The notes: generated by a model from the letters alone, not told the origin. A DNA stretch of 64,000 nt from Histomonas meleagridis 2922-C6/04-290x (GCA_020184695.1 JAANOX010000014.1:62001-126000); one strand, 5' to 3'; shown: positions 52,666-64,000, numbered from the stretch's first letter. Program-made: numbers and translations.

Positions 52666-52776
52666 AAAATGACATTAAAAATCATTGAAATTTTTACATC
52701 AATAAATTGGGTATTAAAATGACATCATAATTCTATTAAAAAAACTAATTGAATAATAATGGACTTAAAATGACAT
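52666..52776 (+). promoter_or_regulatory. Three AAAATGACAT motifs at 50-51-nt spacing in the H2A/H2B bidirectional promoter
   Basis: Exact 10-mers at 52666, 52716 and 52767. Confidence 0.7.
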
Positions 52777-52828
52777 TTTATAGATGAACTGAATTTTGGT
52801 GGGAAATGATAAAGGAATCATTTTAAAG

Positions 52829-53215
52829 ATGTCAACTAAGAAACCAGCCTCAAAGACTCCAACAGAAAAGAAGCCAGCTGTAGAAGGAGAAGCTCCAGCA
52901 GAAACTGAAAAAGAAAAGAAACAACGTCATAAGAAGAGGAATGAATCATTTTCTTCTTACATTTTCAAAGTTCTTAAACAAGTTCACCCAGATATTGGTA
53001 TTTCTAACAAGGCAATGTTGGTCATGAATAACTTTGTTACAGATATATTTGAACGTATAGCAAGAGAAGGAGCTCGACTTGTTGATATGAATGATAGAAA
53101 TACGCTCGGATCCCGCGAAATACAAACAGCAGTTAGACTTGTTCTCCCAGGAGATCTTGCAAAACATGCAGTTTCAGAAGGTGGTAAAGCTGTTGCTAAA
53201 TTCAATGCAGAATAA
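52829..53215 (+). CDS. H2B: Histone H2B
   Basis: [36 protein letters not shown]; [23 protein letters not shown]. Start at ATG 52829. Confidence 0.98.
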   Translation: MSTKKPASKTPTEKKPAVEGEAPAETEKEKKQRHKKRNESFSSYIFKVLKQVHPDIGISNKAMLVMNNFVTDIFERIAREGARLVDMNDRNTLGSREIQTAVRLVLPGDLAKHAVSEGGKAVAKFNAE

Positions 53216-53764
53216 ATTGATTTTTTTAAAAAATTCATCATAAACAAACCTTTTCCAATGAAACATATTTTTGTAATTATCAAATTGTATCACAAAGAAT
53301 TCGTTAAGATCTTAATTATTCTTTTTTATTAAAAACTTTCTTCAAAAAGCTGCTTATCATAAACATTTTCCAAAAAATGACTTATTGATGTTCCTTGTTT
53401 CCATTAGAATCATTGATACAAATAATTGTTTTGCAACTGATTTCAAATTTTCCTTCTTCTGATGTCACATATGGCAACTCTTATAAATTTAATTTTGCTG
53501 ATTTCCAATAATTCTTGATAAAGCACAGTAAAAAAAATTAATTTTAAATCAATATTAATTTTCAATCCTCATTATGTAAATGTTAATCTGAACAGGGTAT
53601 TAAAGGTGAAAATTGAATAATACTTTCCTTCTTCTGATGTCACTTTATTATAATAATATAAAGTAAAATTGAAATTAAATGTTTTACTCAAAAAAGATAA
53701 GTAAAACAAAAGCAAATATGCTTTTTTCTTTTGCTTTTAATCAATTACTTTTTTAGAATTTGAT

Positions 53765-54790
53765 TTAAATCCTTTTTTGTTTTACTTTATATTTTATATA
53801 ACTTGGAATTCCAGATGTGTCTATATGATTCATAGAACCAGGTGTTACAATTATTTTCAATTCAAAGCCTGTAGCTTCTTTCCAGTTTCCAATAAAATTG
53901 AAACCAATCTTAGCATTGGATATTTTTATTAAATCATCTAAAGTATAAAAATCCATTATTTTTAATAAGTATGTTTCATTATGAAGGTGTGAAAAAAGTG
54001 CATATGATGGATTTTCAAAAAATATAGAAATTGGCTTTGCATATCCTATTGTATATTCATCTACTACAAAAGTGATGTTAGTAGAAAAATCATATGGATT
54101 CACCATAAGTCTAAAAACATTTGAAAGTCTAATACGGGCACCATGATAAAAATATTCATACCCCCTTACATGGATTTTAATTCCTTCCAAGTTTTTTACA
54201 ATTAATGTTTTTTTGGGAGCATTGATTTCCATTAGTTGCTCATAACTGTCTGAATAAGCATGTTTTGCATAAATTTTACTTCCTCTAGGAAGATAATTTC
54301 GAGGAAGGGAATTTATTAAATAAACATTATTTCCTATAAATTTTCCTTTAAAATCTATAATCCCATCAAAGTAGATATCTGTAATTAAATATGAAAAGTC
54401 GCCACCTGCAACATATATTTTCGTCTGAGTATTAACTAAAATTTTTGTGTGATTTTTAATTAAAGAAAAATTAAATATTTCATTGGAATAATCTCCTTGA
54501 TTTACGTTAATATATACAAGATCTCCTTTGATCATTTGACCAATAATACTTGCAGTTGAAAAATCACAAGTACAAATAAATTCATTACAGCTAATTGATT
54601 TCGATATATCACATAATTTTTGATAAAAATGAATGTGTTCTCTTATAAGAGAAATGCCTTTTGAATAATTAAGCCTATCTCTAAATGTTTCAACTTTTTT
54701 CTGCCTATTAAAAATATCACAATTTTTTGTATCACCATAAATAATCATCTGAAACTTGGAATATGCAAATGCAAATAGCACAAGAAACAT
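53765..54790 (-). CDS. Hypothetical secreted/surface protein
   Basis: Short hydrophobic leader MFLVLFAFAYS; no family motif recognised. Confidence 0.75.
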   Translation of the reverse strand: MFLVLFAFAYSKFQMIIYGDTKNCDIFNRQKKVETFRDRLNYSKGISLIREHIHFYQKLCDISKSISCNEFICTCDFSTASIIGQMIKGDLVYINVNQGDYSNEIFNFSLIKNHTKILVNTQTKIYVAGGDFSYLITDIYFDGIIDFKGKFIGNNVYLINSLPRNYLPRGSKIYAKHAYSDSYEQLMEINAPKKTLIVKNLEGIKIHVRGYEYFYHGARIRLSNVFRLMVNPYDFSTNITFVVDEYTIGYAKPISIFFENPSYALFSHLHNETYLLKIMDFYTLDDLIKISNAKIGFNFIGNWKEATGFELKIIVTPGSMNHIDTSGIPSYIKYKVKQKRI

Positions 54791-55150
54791 ACAAACAAAA
54801 TGATGTGAGATATCGGGAAATCTTTTAAAATAGATACATTAGTGAAAAGTTATATAATTTTGATTAATCAAGTGTTACAAAAATTTATTACCAAATCATT
54901 AATATAAAAATTTAAAACTCTCATAATATTCAAAAATAACAAATTTCAAAATATAACATCGAATTTTTATGCAACTTCTCTCTATATACAGAAGTTTATA
55001 AATATGTTTTTTTTTTCACAAAACTCGTTCTCATATTAATTTATAAAAAAATAATAAATAAAAAAGTGTGAAAAGATTAATCAAATAATAAGATTTTTTA
55101 CTATCAATTGATATTGATAACTTCCTCTTGCATCACGAGTTGAGCTAGTT

Positions 55151-55699
55151 TTACTTCTTTATATACAGTATGTCTTGAACACCATGTATTGTGTTGTGAT
55201 ACCTTGCAAGAATAAAAAGTAAATCAGAAAGTCGATTAAGGATTTGACAGATAATTTTCCCATTTTTATGATCTAAATAGCAGCGCACTTCAGCTCTTTC
55301 CGCGCGACGACAGACTGTTCTTGCAAGATGAAGATACGCTGATGATATATGTCCACCAGGAAGAATAAATTTTTTAAATTGCGTGATCTTTTGATTATAC
55401 TCTATTTCCCATGAGTTTATTTTGTTGACAAAAGATAAAATAGTTTCGTCAGGATCATAATTACATGCTATACATGCTGAAACATCGAAAATTTTATGTT
55501 GAATCTGCTGAAGTATTTCAACAACTTCACCTTCGCAATAGCATGCACATACTCCAAGGAGTGAATTTAGCTCATCTAAACTTCCAATTAATTCAAAAAT
55601 TAATGAATCTTTTGGAATTCTTCCACCAAATCCAAGCGAAGATGTTCCGGTGTCACCAGCACACGTTGAAATTGAAGGAAGCTTTTGTGGATTTTCCAT
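55151..55699 (-). CDS. PduO/MMAB-type ATP:cob(I)alamin adenosyltransferase
   Basis: T..GD.G..SL..G.R..KD.....G..DELNS, FILPGG...SAYLHLARTVCRRAER, LNRLSDLLF.LAR. Confidence 0.92.
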   Translation of the reverse strand: MENPQKLPSISTCAGDTGTSSLGFGGRIPKDSLIFELIGSLDELNSLLGVCACYCEGEVVEILQQIQHKIFDVSACIACNYDPDETILSFVNKINSWEIEYNQKITQFKKFILPGGHISSAYLHLARTVCRRAERAEVRCYLDHKNGKIICQILNRLSDLLFILARYHNTIHGVQDILYIKK

Positions 55700-56357
55700 A
55701 TAGTTTGTGATTCCCAGACGTTAACATAAAATCATAAAAAAATTTCACCTCATATGTCTTTGATATGAGCAAATTGAACGAAACACGATTTTTTCTCCAA
55801 TTGGACAAAAGGCAAGTTTTTTTCATTTTGTCTAGCAGGGTAGATATGTAAGACAGAAAAATTCCTATGGCGATAACGTTTTATATACATTTGGCAATCA
55901 ATATTATTTTAATTACTAGAATGTTTCCTTGGAAAAATCAATTAATTAATCAAAAAACTAATTAGTAACATCCTTAAAGAGCTATCTTTCATGCAAGGGA
56001 ATGTTTACTCTTTATTAATTTTTCAACAATATCTAAAATAATATAAAATACAACGAAAAAATGAAAACAATAATGGACACACAAAAATTAAAATATTTTG
56101 CATACTTCTTTTTTTAATTTTGTTATCTCTATTGACTATTTGGGAAGCAGGTTGGAAAACCTTGTCCAAATTGTATCCTGATGCCGAAGAACATTTGATG
56201 CATCTGCATCAGTTTCATCTTTTTTCCTTCATCAGAGGTGTGGCTCTTAAGAGTGATGTCACTTTTCCATTCATTTAATTCTATCGTAAAGAAAAATCTT
56301 TCTGCAGCCATTCGGTGGTCTGCATGTTGGTATGTTTTTAAAGTTTAAACACATATA

Positions 56358-56810
56358 TTGTTTATTAATGAACAAAACGTTGCTCACAGAGACATAAAAC
56401 CTGCAAATATCTTATTAGATAATTATGGAAGACCAAAACTTGCTGACTTTGGTCAAAGCAGAAAGTTGACGAAAGGGGAAGTTGTTAATAGCTGTGCAGG
56501 ATCTCGTCCATATATGGCTCCGGAAGTAATAACTCGACAAAATGCAGATCCTTTTTTAGCTGACATTTGGTCACTTGGTATTACGTTTTACACAATTGCA
56601 TTTGGGAAGCTCCCATGGGCAACTCAAAAAATCGAAGAGTTAGAGATGGCAATTCAAGTTGGAATCTTCAATTTTCCTTCTTGTGCCGATCCGTTATTTT
56701 GCAAGTTAATTCATTCAATGACCGCTGTAAACCCCTCAAAAAGAGAACCACTGGCAAAACTGCTCCGATCGCCACTTTTTGAAGGAGTACACTGCGGCAG
56801 TTTCTTATAA
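56358..56810 (+). pseudogene. 5'-truncated CAMK-like protein kinase fragment
   Basis: HRDIKPANILL, KLADFG, CAGSRPYMAPE and DIWSLG are present, but there is no N-lobe (Gly loop/VAIK) in frame upstream. Confidence 0.75.
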
Positions 56811-57460
56811 CAGAATTTCAAATAGGGTAAATAAGTTTTGGTAAAGAAACCAGAAATAAAGCAGAACACCATGTCGCCGAAGACTTTTGGAGGGTAATGT
56901 TTGAATAAATCGGGTTTGCTTTTAAATTTGATTGAATGAAATCTCTTCAATATTAGAAATTTCCTTTCGTATTTTCGTTTTTGGCATTCAAAGTTGAAGG
57001 TTTGTTGCCTTGAAATGTTTTGTTGTGTGTGAATTAGAGTGTTGCTTATCTATAACAAATTGAAGAAATATTTTTAGTAATGGTGAAAGGTTTGGAATGT
57101 GATGCTCATGTTTAACTTGGTAATCTGCATTTCTTTGGAATGTTGAAGATATGGAAAGGAGGATTCCATAAAATTTTTGTGATTGTAAATTTACACTATG
57201 AATAAATTCAATGATAAAGTCCAGAAACACTTCTGTTATAAACCGCTTTTACCAATGACTTTTCTGGCAAACGAACTTGGTGGCTGGGAGTACGTTAAAA
57301 TGCGATCGATGTAAATTTCGGTTTAATTGATGTAAAGTAGCCAATCATTGTGTGTTGCGGTTTGAAAAAATGTAAATATTAAATTATTTTGCGAGAGAGG
57401 AAACACTGAAAGGAAACGTGCTTCCTTTAAAAAAGATTTTTTTTTACAATATATATTTTT

Positions 57461-58017
57461 TTAATATATTTCACATCCCTTCGAATCTTTTTCTTTTTTT
57501 GCTATGAAAGCCCGAATTGCTAATTCGAAAACTTCGTTTACACTTGAGTATTTATCAACAGAGCACTCGATATAGCCATAAGCACCAATTTTTTTTTCAT
57601 TGCTTCCCCTTGTTGTGTTGTAATTATTTCTTCCGAAGAGCTATTATCTATAAGGTCATTCTTCAAACCAGCTAGAATGAATGGTACTCCTTTGCAATAT
57701 TTTCTAATGTCTTTTAACCATATCTCCTCGACATTACGAAAAGATTCTGGAGAAAAGAGGGAAAAACATATTATTAAAACGTCTGCAAAAGAATATGAAA
57801 TTCGTCTGAGCTTTTCATATTCTTCTTGACCTGTTGTGTCCCATACATCTATACATACGTCTTGCCCATTAACATTAGTTTCAATTCTATAATTATCAAC
57901 TACTGTAATTTTATATTCATTATAATCGTGGTTAAGTCCATGATTTTGGTAGGCATATGCCAGTTCAGCTTTACCAATGTAGTTGTCACCAATGATGACG
58001 CACTCCACGCAGTCCAT
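57461..58017 (-). CDS. Divergent Rho/Rac-family small GTPase with a frameshift in an A-run
   Basis: G1 GDNYIGKA, switch I TVVDNY, WDTTGQEEY..LR..SY, LKND. After the A9 run (~57588-57597) the shifted frame reads IGAYGYIECSVDKYSSVNEVFELAIRAFIAKKEKDSKGCEIY*. Confidence 0.85.
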
Positions 58018-58358
58018 TAATTGAATTGCCTTTGTTTTTCATAAAAAAAACGGTTTATAGTATTTAAAATTTGTGAACTTTCTTAGATGTGTGGTGTTGG
58101 CATTTTTTCCAACATTTTGAGTTATAAAGTATACAAAATTTGTAATGACGAAATAACATTTGTTCGTAGCTACCAAAACTGTTGCAAGATAAAAAGCGCC
58201 TGACTGTATACAAAAAGTCGATGATATAAACTTGTCAAAAAGTTGGCAACTTATTTACATGTAAATGACATAAAAAGTCACTGAGTAAATTAATCAAAAA
58301 GTTAATGACGTTAATTTCGAATACGGTTAAACAATTTGCCTCAAATCAACCTTAAAAT

Positions 58359-59307
58359 TAAGGATGGGTATCGATAAATATTTATCGATTATCCTGATAA
58401 AAAAAGTGACAGTCTGCATTCAAAATTTTCATATCGTTCTGAATGATAATATTCAAAATTTCATCATAAAAATAAAAATATCTCGTGAAAATGGATATAT
58501 ATTTATGCTAAATCAAACTGACAGTAATTACAATTTCTGGAGGTTATATTATCTATCTAATTCAAATGGTATATTTATAAAATTGATTTTCGAAAATTTA
58601 GGAGCATTAATTAGAATGCTATCAAGATAAAGTATTCTAATTGTGGTTACACATTTAGTGCATTTGCGATTAAGAATCAATTTCAAACATCGCAAAACTC
58701 CACATTTTTCAAAAAGTGGTATCGGTCGGTAGTACTACCACTTGTTACTTTTTAAAATATCTCTTTTTGATTATTTCATTGGAATAATTTTCGCTTCGCT
58801 CAAAACGTACTTTAACATAATGCTAATATCGCAAATTTTATATGATAAAATCAAATGCAATTATCAGCCCCCATATAAAACGAACTAAATTTATATAATT
58901 TAGTCAAATAAAATTGCATTTAATTTAATCTTCCAATTTATATATTTTTAATGCATTTTGAGTTCTACTTATAGTGTTTTAATGCTTGTTTATTTTGGTA
59001 TTAAAAGTTTAAACTAAGTTTCGAAAAAAATATATCAATTATCATTCTCACTAAATTTTAATATTATGCATAATTATATTCTAGATATTATTAGTAAATT
59101 ATTTATAACTAAAATAGTTTGTATATTCATGATTATTCATGAGATATTTCAGTTTTATTGATTTTTATTTGAATGCTAGATGCTATCGTCAATTACGATA
59201 CAAGAAATTTGAATATAAGTTGGTCACTTTTTTTATCAGGATAATATCGATAAAATCTGATATTTTTATCAGCGGTTTATCGATATATCAGAGCCCACCC
59301 AACCCTA
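58359..59307. mobile_element. Non-autonomous hAT-like/MITE element (~950 bp)
   Basis: Ends TAAGGATGGGT / TAGGGTTGGGT(rc), subterminal ATCGAT repeats, and a perfect 22-nt inverted match 58389-58410 versus 59223-59244. The flanking 8-mers CTTAAAAT / CTAAATAG match 5 of 8. Confidence 0.6.
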
Positions 59308-59321
59308 CTAAATAGGGGGTG

Positions 59322-60488
59322 ATGATGTTCACTCTATTCATTTCAGCTGTTTTTTGCTCTTCAAAATTTTTCGAACTGTATTTTTGTCCCCTATTACAAA
59401 ACAAGCACACCTAAATTTAAAAATTACACGGACGTTGAATTTCAAGATGTAATTTTCCAAAATCCTGTTGTTTTAGCTTTAGTAATTGTCCCACACCCTC
59501 TATCAGAGCAAGCTCAATATTTATTTTCAAACTCACTTAATATTTTATCTAAGCGTCCGTTGTTTACTTTACTTATTTCTTCTGATGTTCCTCAACTTGT
59601 ATCTACCTTTCAATATGAAAATCCTTTTCTCGTACTATATCAATCGGGCAGAATATATAACTCATGTGAATGTCCAACTAGTGAATTAATTACAGCTAAA
59701 CCCGAACTTTTTGATGAACTTAATATGTCTAATGAAATGTATTAGAAAAATCAATTGCATCATACAAAGAATTCACAAAATATGATATAATGCAAGAAAA
59801 CATAACATTTGCTGCTATTTTTAGTCAAGGATTTGAAAATTTGTATCAATTATCAAATCTATTTCCAGAAATCAGGTTTGGAGTAGTTCCAATGGAAACA
59901 TGGTTACTTCTATCACGTGACAAATTGTTTGATAACGTTGAATTCAAACGTTGAAATATTTCAGCGAGGAAATACCTGAAATTATCGAAAATGAAAGTGT
60001 CCAAAAAATTGTTGGGTTAACTTACAAAGATTTCATAGAAAGCGAGAGCTACGATGCAGTCGTTCTCTCCTCACCAGAATTTGGTCCAAAAGAAGTTTTC
60101 CAAATTTCCCTCGAAAACGCCGATGAAGTGGCAAAAAGTGGCAACGATAAAATAAAGTTTGGAATTTTGGATCCGATACGAAACGCTTCACCTTTAGGTT
60201 TTCCTGTTTTTGTGCAAAGGCCACACATCGAAATATTTCCAAGAGGATCTAAGAATGCTATCCTTAATGAATCGAGGTGGATTTTTGAGGTTTTTGAATG
60301 ATTGCTCAACATCAAAAATTGATCTCGATATCCCTGAATTGACAAAGGAAGAGGCATTAAGGGAAACAGACGAACTAGCTCCGAAATATGAGTTACTACC
60401 AGAGAACATTAAACAGAAAATACAGAAATATGTGGAAACAAAATTGGCAAAATTAACAAATTTGAATCCTTTTGCTGTAATTTTGTAA
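59322..60488 (+). pseudogene. Frameshifted PDI/thioredoxin-fold ER protein-like gene
   Basis: Signal-like start MMFTLFISAVFC; a fragment VQKIVGLTY...KFGILD..N....FP....P.IEIFP resembling a redox-inactive thioredoxin domain; several frameshifts. Confidence 0.55.
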
Positions 60489-60974
60489 AAATTCATTTGT
60501 AAGTGTTTACTTATATATAAATTTTCTAATTGAGGATGTAGTTCGGAAGATTTGGCAAAAAGTATCAAATCATTTGATGAAATAAAAAAGAAATCAAAAG
60601 ATTCATTCTTTAAGATTTTTTAAAAATAACCATATGTTTATCACCTATAAGATATATTCTTTAAAACTACATACGCAGAATGAAAAATAAAATTGATAAA
60701 AAAATCAATCATAACAATTCGTTTGTATGCATGGGCTGATATATTTTATTATATCTTTTCCTAAATGTATCACTTTTGATCAAACTTAATAAATTATTTT
60801 CTCGTTCATCATGTCTATATTTTCAACATCTCAAACTACCTTCATCTTTTAAAATTATGAAAATAAATTCATGATAACCATTAATTTTATTCTTTAATTT
60901 TTATATTAAGATTTTACATGAGTCACGATGACTATTTAAGCGAGTTATTCTTGACAATTATTATAATATTATTC

Positions 60975-63900
60975 TCAACAAAACATACATTTATTTGGTA
61001 ATTTTTCACGAATTAATTGAACAATTTCGACATGAGAATTTTTTGCTGCCAACTTGAGCGAAGTTTCAAATAAATTTAATAATTTCCAAATATTTTTTCT
61101 GAGTTTTAAACAATATAAATAAATATAATTCAGAATAATTTAACATCTTTTGCCATAATATCAATTCCTTCTTGTTCAAGAAGTAATTTAACGATTTCTG
61201 TATGACCATTTTCAGATGCAAACATAAGTGCTGTTTTAAATAATTTAAATAACTTCCAAATATCATCTTGAAATATTAAATTATTAAAAGAAAAATAAAA
61301 TAAAAGAAATAAATATCTTTATCATTAATATCAATTTCTTCTTGTTCAAGAAGTAATTTAACGATTTCTGTATGACCATTTTCAGATGCATGCATAAGTG
61401 CTGTTTTAAATAATTTAAATAACTTCCAAATATCATCTTGAAATATTAAATTATTAAAAGAAAAATAAAATAAAAGAAATAAATATCTTTATCATTAATA
61501 TCAATTCTTTCTTGTGAAAGAAGTAATTTAACTATTTCAATGTAAAATCTAATGTCTTTAGCATTAATATCAATTCCTTTATGCATAAGAAGCTTTTTAG
61601 CAATAAAACTGTAACCATTCCGAGATGCATAAATAAGAGCTGTGGAAAACAAATTATATTAATTCCAAAAATTATTTTGTTATCCAATATGATTAAAATA
61701 AATTTTATCTTTAGCATTAATATCAATTCTTTCTTGTTCAAGAAGTAATTTAACGATTTCTATATAACCTTTATTAGTTGCATATATAAGTGCTGTTTGA
61801 AATACTTTAAATAATTTTCAAATATTATTTTAAAATATCAAATTATTATGTAAAATATCTTATAATATAAATATGCTGATTTCAGATTAATATCAATTCC
61901 TTGAGCAATAAGTATATTAATAATTTCAATGTTTCTAATATCTATTGCATAAATAAGTAATGAGTTGTATATTTAGATGAAACTTCAAATATTTTATTGA
62001 AATCCAATTTGATTTAATTAAATTTTATATAAAAACAAATAAATATTTATATCATTGATATCAAATCCTTCGTGTTCAAGAAGTAATTTTAAGATTTCAA
62101 AGTAACCTTTTTCCAACGATATAATAAGTGATGTATATAATAATTTAAATAAATTTTATCATTAGTATTAATATCAATTCCTTCTTTTTCAAGAAGTAAT
62201 TTAACAATTTCTGTATGACCTTTTTCCGATGATATTATAAGTGCTGTTTTATATAATTTAAATAATTTCCAAATATCATCTTGAAATATTAAATTATTAA
62301 AAGAAAAATAAAATAAAAGAAATAAATATCTTTATTATTAATATCAATTCCTTCTTTTTCAAGAAGTAATTTAACAATTTCTGTATGACCTTTTTCCAAT
62401 GATATTATAAGTGCTGTATTAAATAATTGAAATAATTTCCAAATATTATTTTGAAATATAAAATTATTAAAATAAATACCAAATAAAGAATTTAAATATT
62501 TTGAGCATTAATATCAATTCCTTCTTGTTCAAGAAGTAATTTAACAATTTCTGTATAACCCTTTTCAGATGCATAAATAAGTGCTGTTTTAAATAATTGA
62601 AATAATTTCCAAATATTATTTTGAAATATAAAATTATTAAAATAAATACCAAATAAAGAATTTAAATATTTTGAGCATTAATATCAATTCCTTCTTGTTC
62701 AAGAAGTAATTTAACAATTTCTGTATGACCTTTTTCCAATGATACTATAAGTGCTGTATTCAATAATTTAAATAATTTCGAAATATTATTTTGAAATATA
62801 AAATTATTAAAATAAATTATAAATAAAACAAGTGAATATTTTTAGCATTAATATCAATTCCTTCTTGTTCTAGAAGTAATTTAACAATTTCTGTATAACC
62901 CTTTTCAGATGCATAAATAAGTGCTGTATTAAATAATTGAAATAATTTCCAAATATTATTTTGAATTTCCAAATTATTAAAATAAATTTTATCATTAGCA
63001 TTAATATCAATTCCTTCTTTTTCAAGAAGTAATTTAACAATTTCTGTATGACCTTTTTCCAATGATATTATAAGTGCTGTATTAAATAATTGAAATGATT
63101 TCCAAATATTATTTTGAAATATAAAATTATTAAAATAAATTTTATCATTAGTATTAATATCAATTCCTTCTTGTTCAAGAAGTAATTTAACAATTTCTGT
63201 ATGACCTTTTTCCAATGATACTATAAGTGCTGTATTCAATAATTTAAATAATTTCCAAATATTATTTTGAAATATAAAATTATTAAAATAAATATCAAAT
63301 AAAACAAATAAATATCTTTAGCATTAATATCAATTCCTTCTTGTTCAAGAAGTAATTTAACAATTTCTGTATAACCCTTTTCAGATGCATAAATAAGTGC
63401 TGTATTAAATAATTGAAATAATTTCCAAATATTATTTTGAAATATAAAATTATTAAAATAAATTCTAAATAAAACAAATAAATATTTTTAGCATTAATAT
63501 CAATTCCTTCTTGTTCAAGAAGTAATTTAACAATTTCTGTATGACCTTTTTCCAATGATATTATAAGTGCTGTACCAAATATTATTTTGAAATATAAAAT
63601 TATTAAAATAAATACCAAATAAAACAAATAAATACTTTGAGCATTATCATTAATTCCTTCTTGTTCTAGAAGTAATTTAACAATTTCTGTATAACCCTTT
63701 GCAGATGCATAAATAAGTGCTGTATTAAATAATTGAAATAATTTCCAAATATTATTTTAAAATTTCAAATTATTAAAATAAATTTTATCATTAGTATTAA
63801 TATCAATTCCTTCTTGTTCAAGAAGTAATTTAACAATTTCTGTATAACCCTTTGCAGATGCATAAATAAGTGCTGTATTAAATAATTGAAATAATTTCCA

Positions 63901-64000
63901 AATATTATTTTAAAATTTCAAATTATTAAAATAAATTTTATCATTAGTATTAATATCAATTCCTTCTTTTTCAAGAAGTAATTTAACAATTTCTGTATAA
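60975..64000 (-). other. Large spacer-interrupted ankyrin cassette array (locus C, ~19-20 cassettes, continues beyond the window)
   Basis: ACAGC anchors at 63876, 63723, 63573, 63403, 63233, 63080, 62927, 62757, 62587, 62417, 62247, 62134, 61796, 61643, 61404 and 61234, with a final cap at 61064 reading TSLKLAAKNSHVEIVQLIREKLPNKCMFC*. Periods are mostly 170 or 153 nt. Confidence 0.88.

Noticed and set aside
60975-64000. CRISPR-like repeat-spacer array
   Set aside because: Both the repeat and the spacer are homologous between units, the unit encodes ankyrin, the host is eukaryotic and there are no cas genes.

Overview
Very AT-rich eukaryotic genomic DNA, most likely from a parabasalid (trichomonad) protist. 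This rests on an initiator-binding-domain (IBD/IBP39-type) gene, a BspA-like LRR surface protein, a DUF3447-type ankyrin gene and Trichomonas-type core promoter motifs; the species cannot be determined from the sequence. Ordinary content: rpl23a, rpl10, divergent H2A/H2B, RAD23-like, TRRAP/Tra1-like PIKK, a USP7-like protein lacking catalytic residues, a bZIP factor, a tetraspanin, an amino-acid transporter, a PduO-type adenosyltransferase, a Rho GTPase, kinases, tRNA-Lys(UUU) and tRNA-Thr(UGU). Two things stand out. (1) Four loci carry arrays of 30-codon ankyrin cassettes separated by a conserved ~80-nt AT-rich spacer, giving a mostly exact 170-nt period. The spacer shifts the frame, often contains stops and lacks invariant GT-AG ends. 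Yet two arrays end in a proper capping repeat with a clean stop, and the cassettes vary mainly at ankyrin binding-surface positions. This suggests spacer removal by an unknown route, or a cassette library. (2) A degenerate multi-zinc-finger element, probably an RLE-type non-LTR retrotransposon, sits directly behind an intact tRNA-Lys. It is bounded by a 14-nt duplication of the tRNA 3' end, is followed by an older copy of its own 5' end, and is interrupted by a Mutator-like element with ~660-bp TIRs. All translations outside the supplied ORF track were done by hand, and family assignments are from motif recognition, not database searches.
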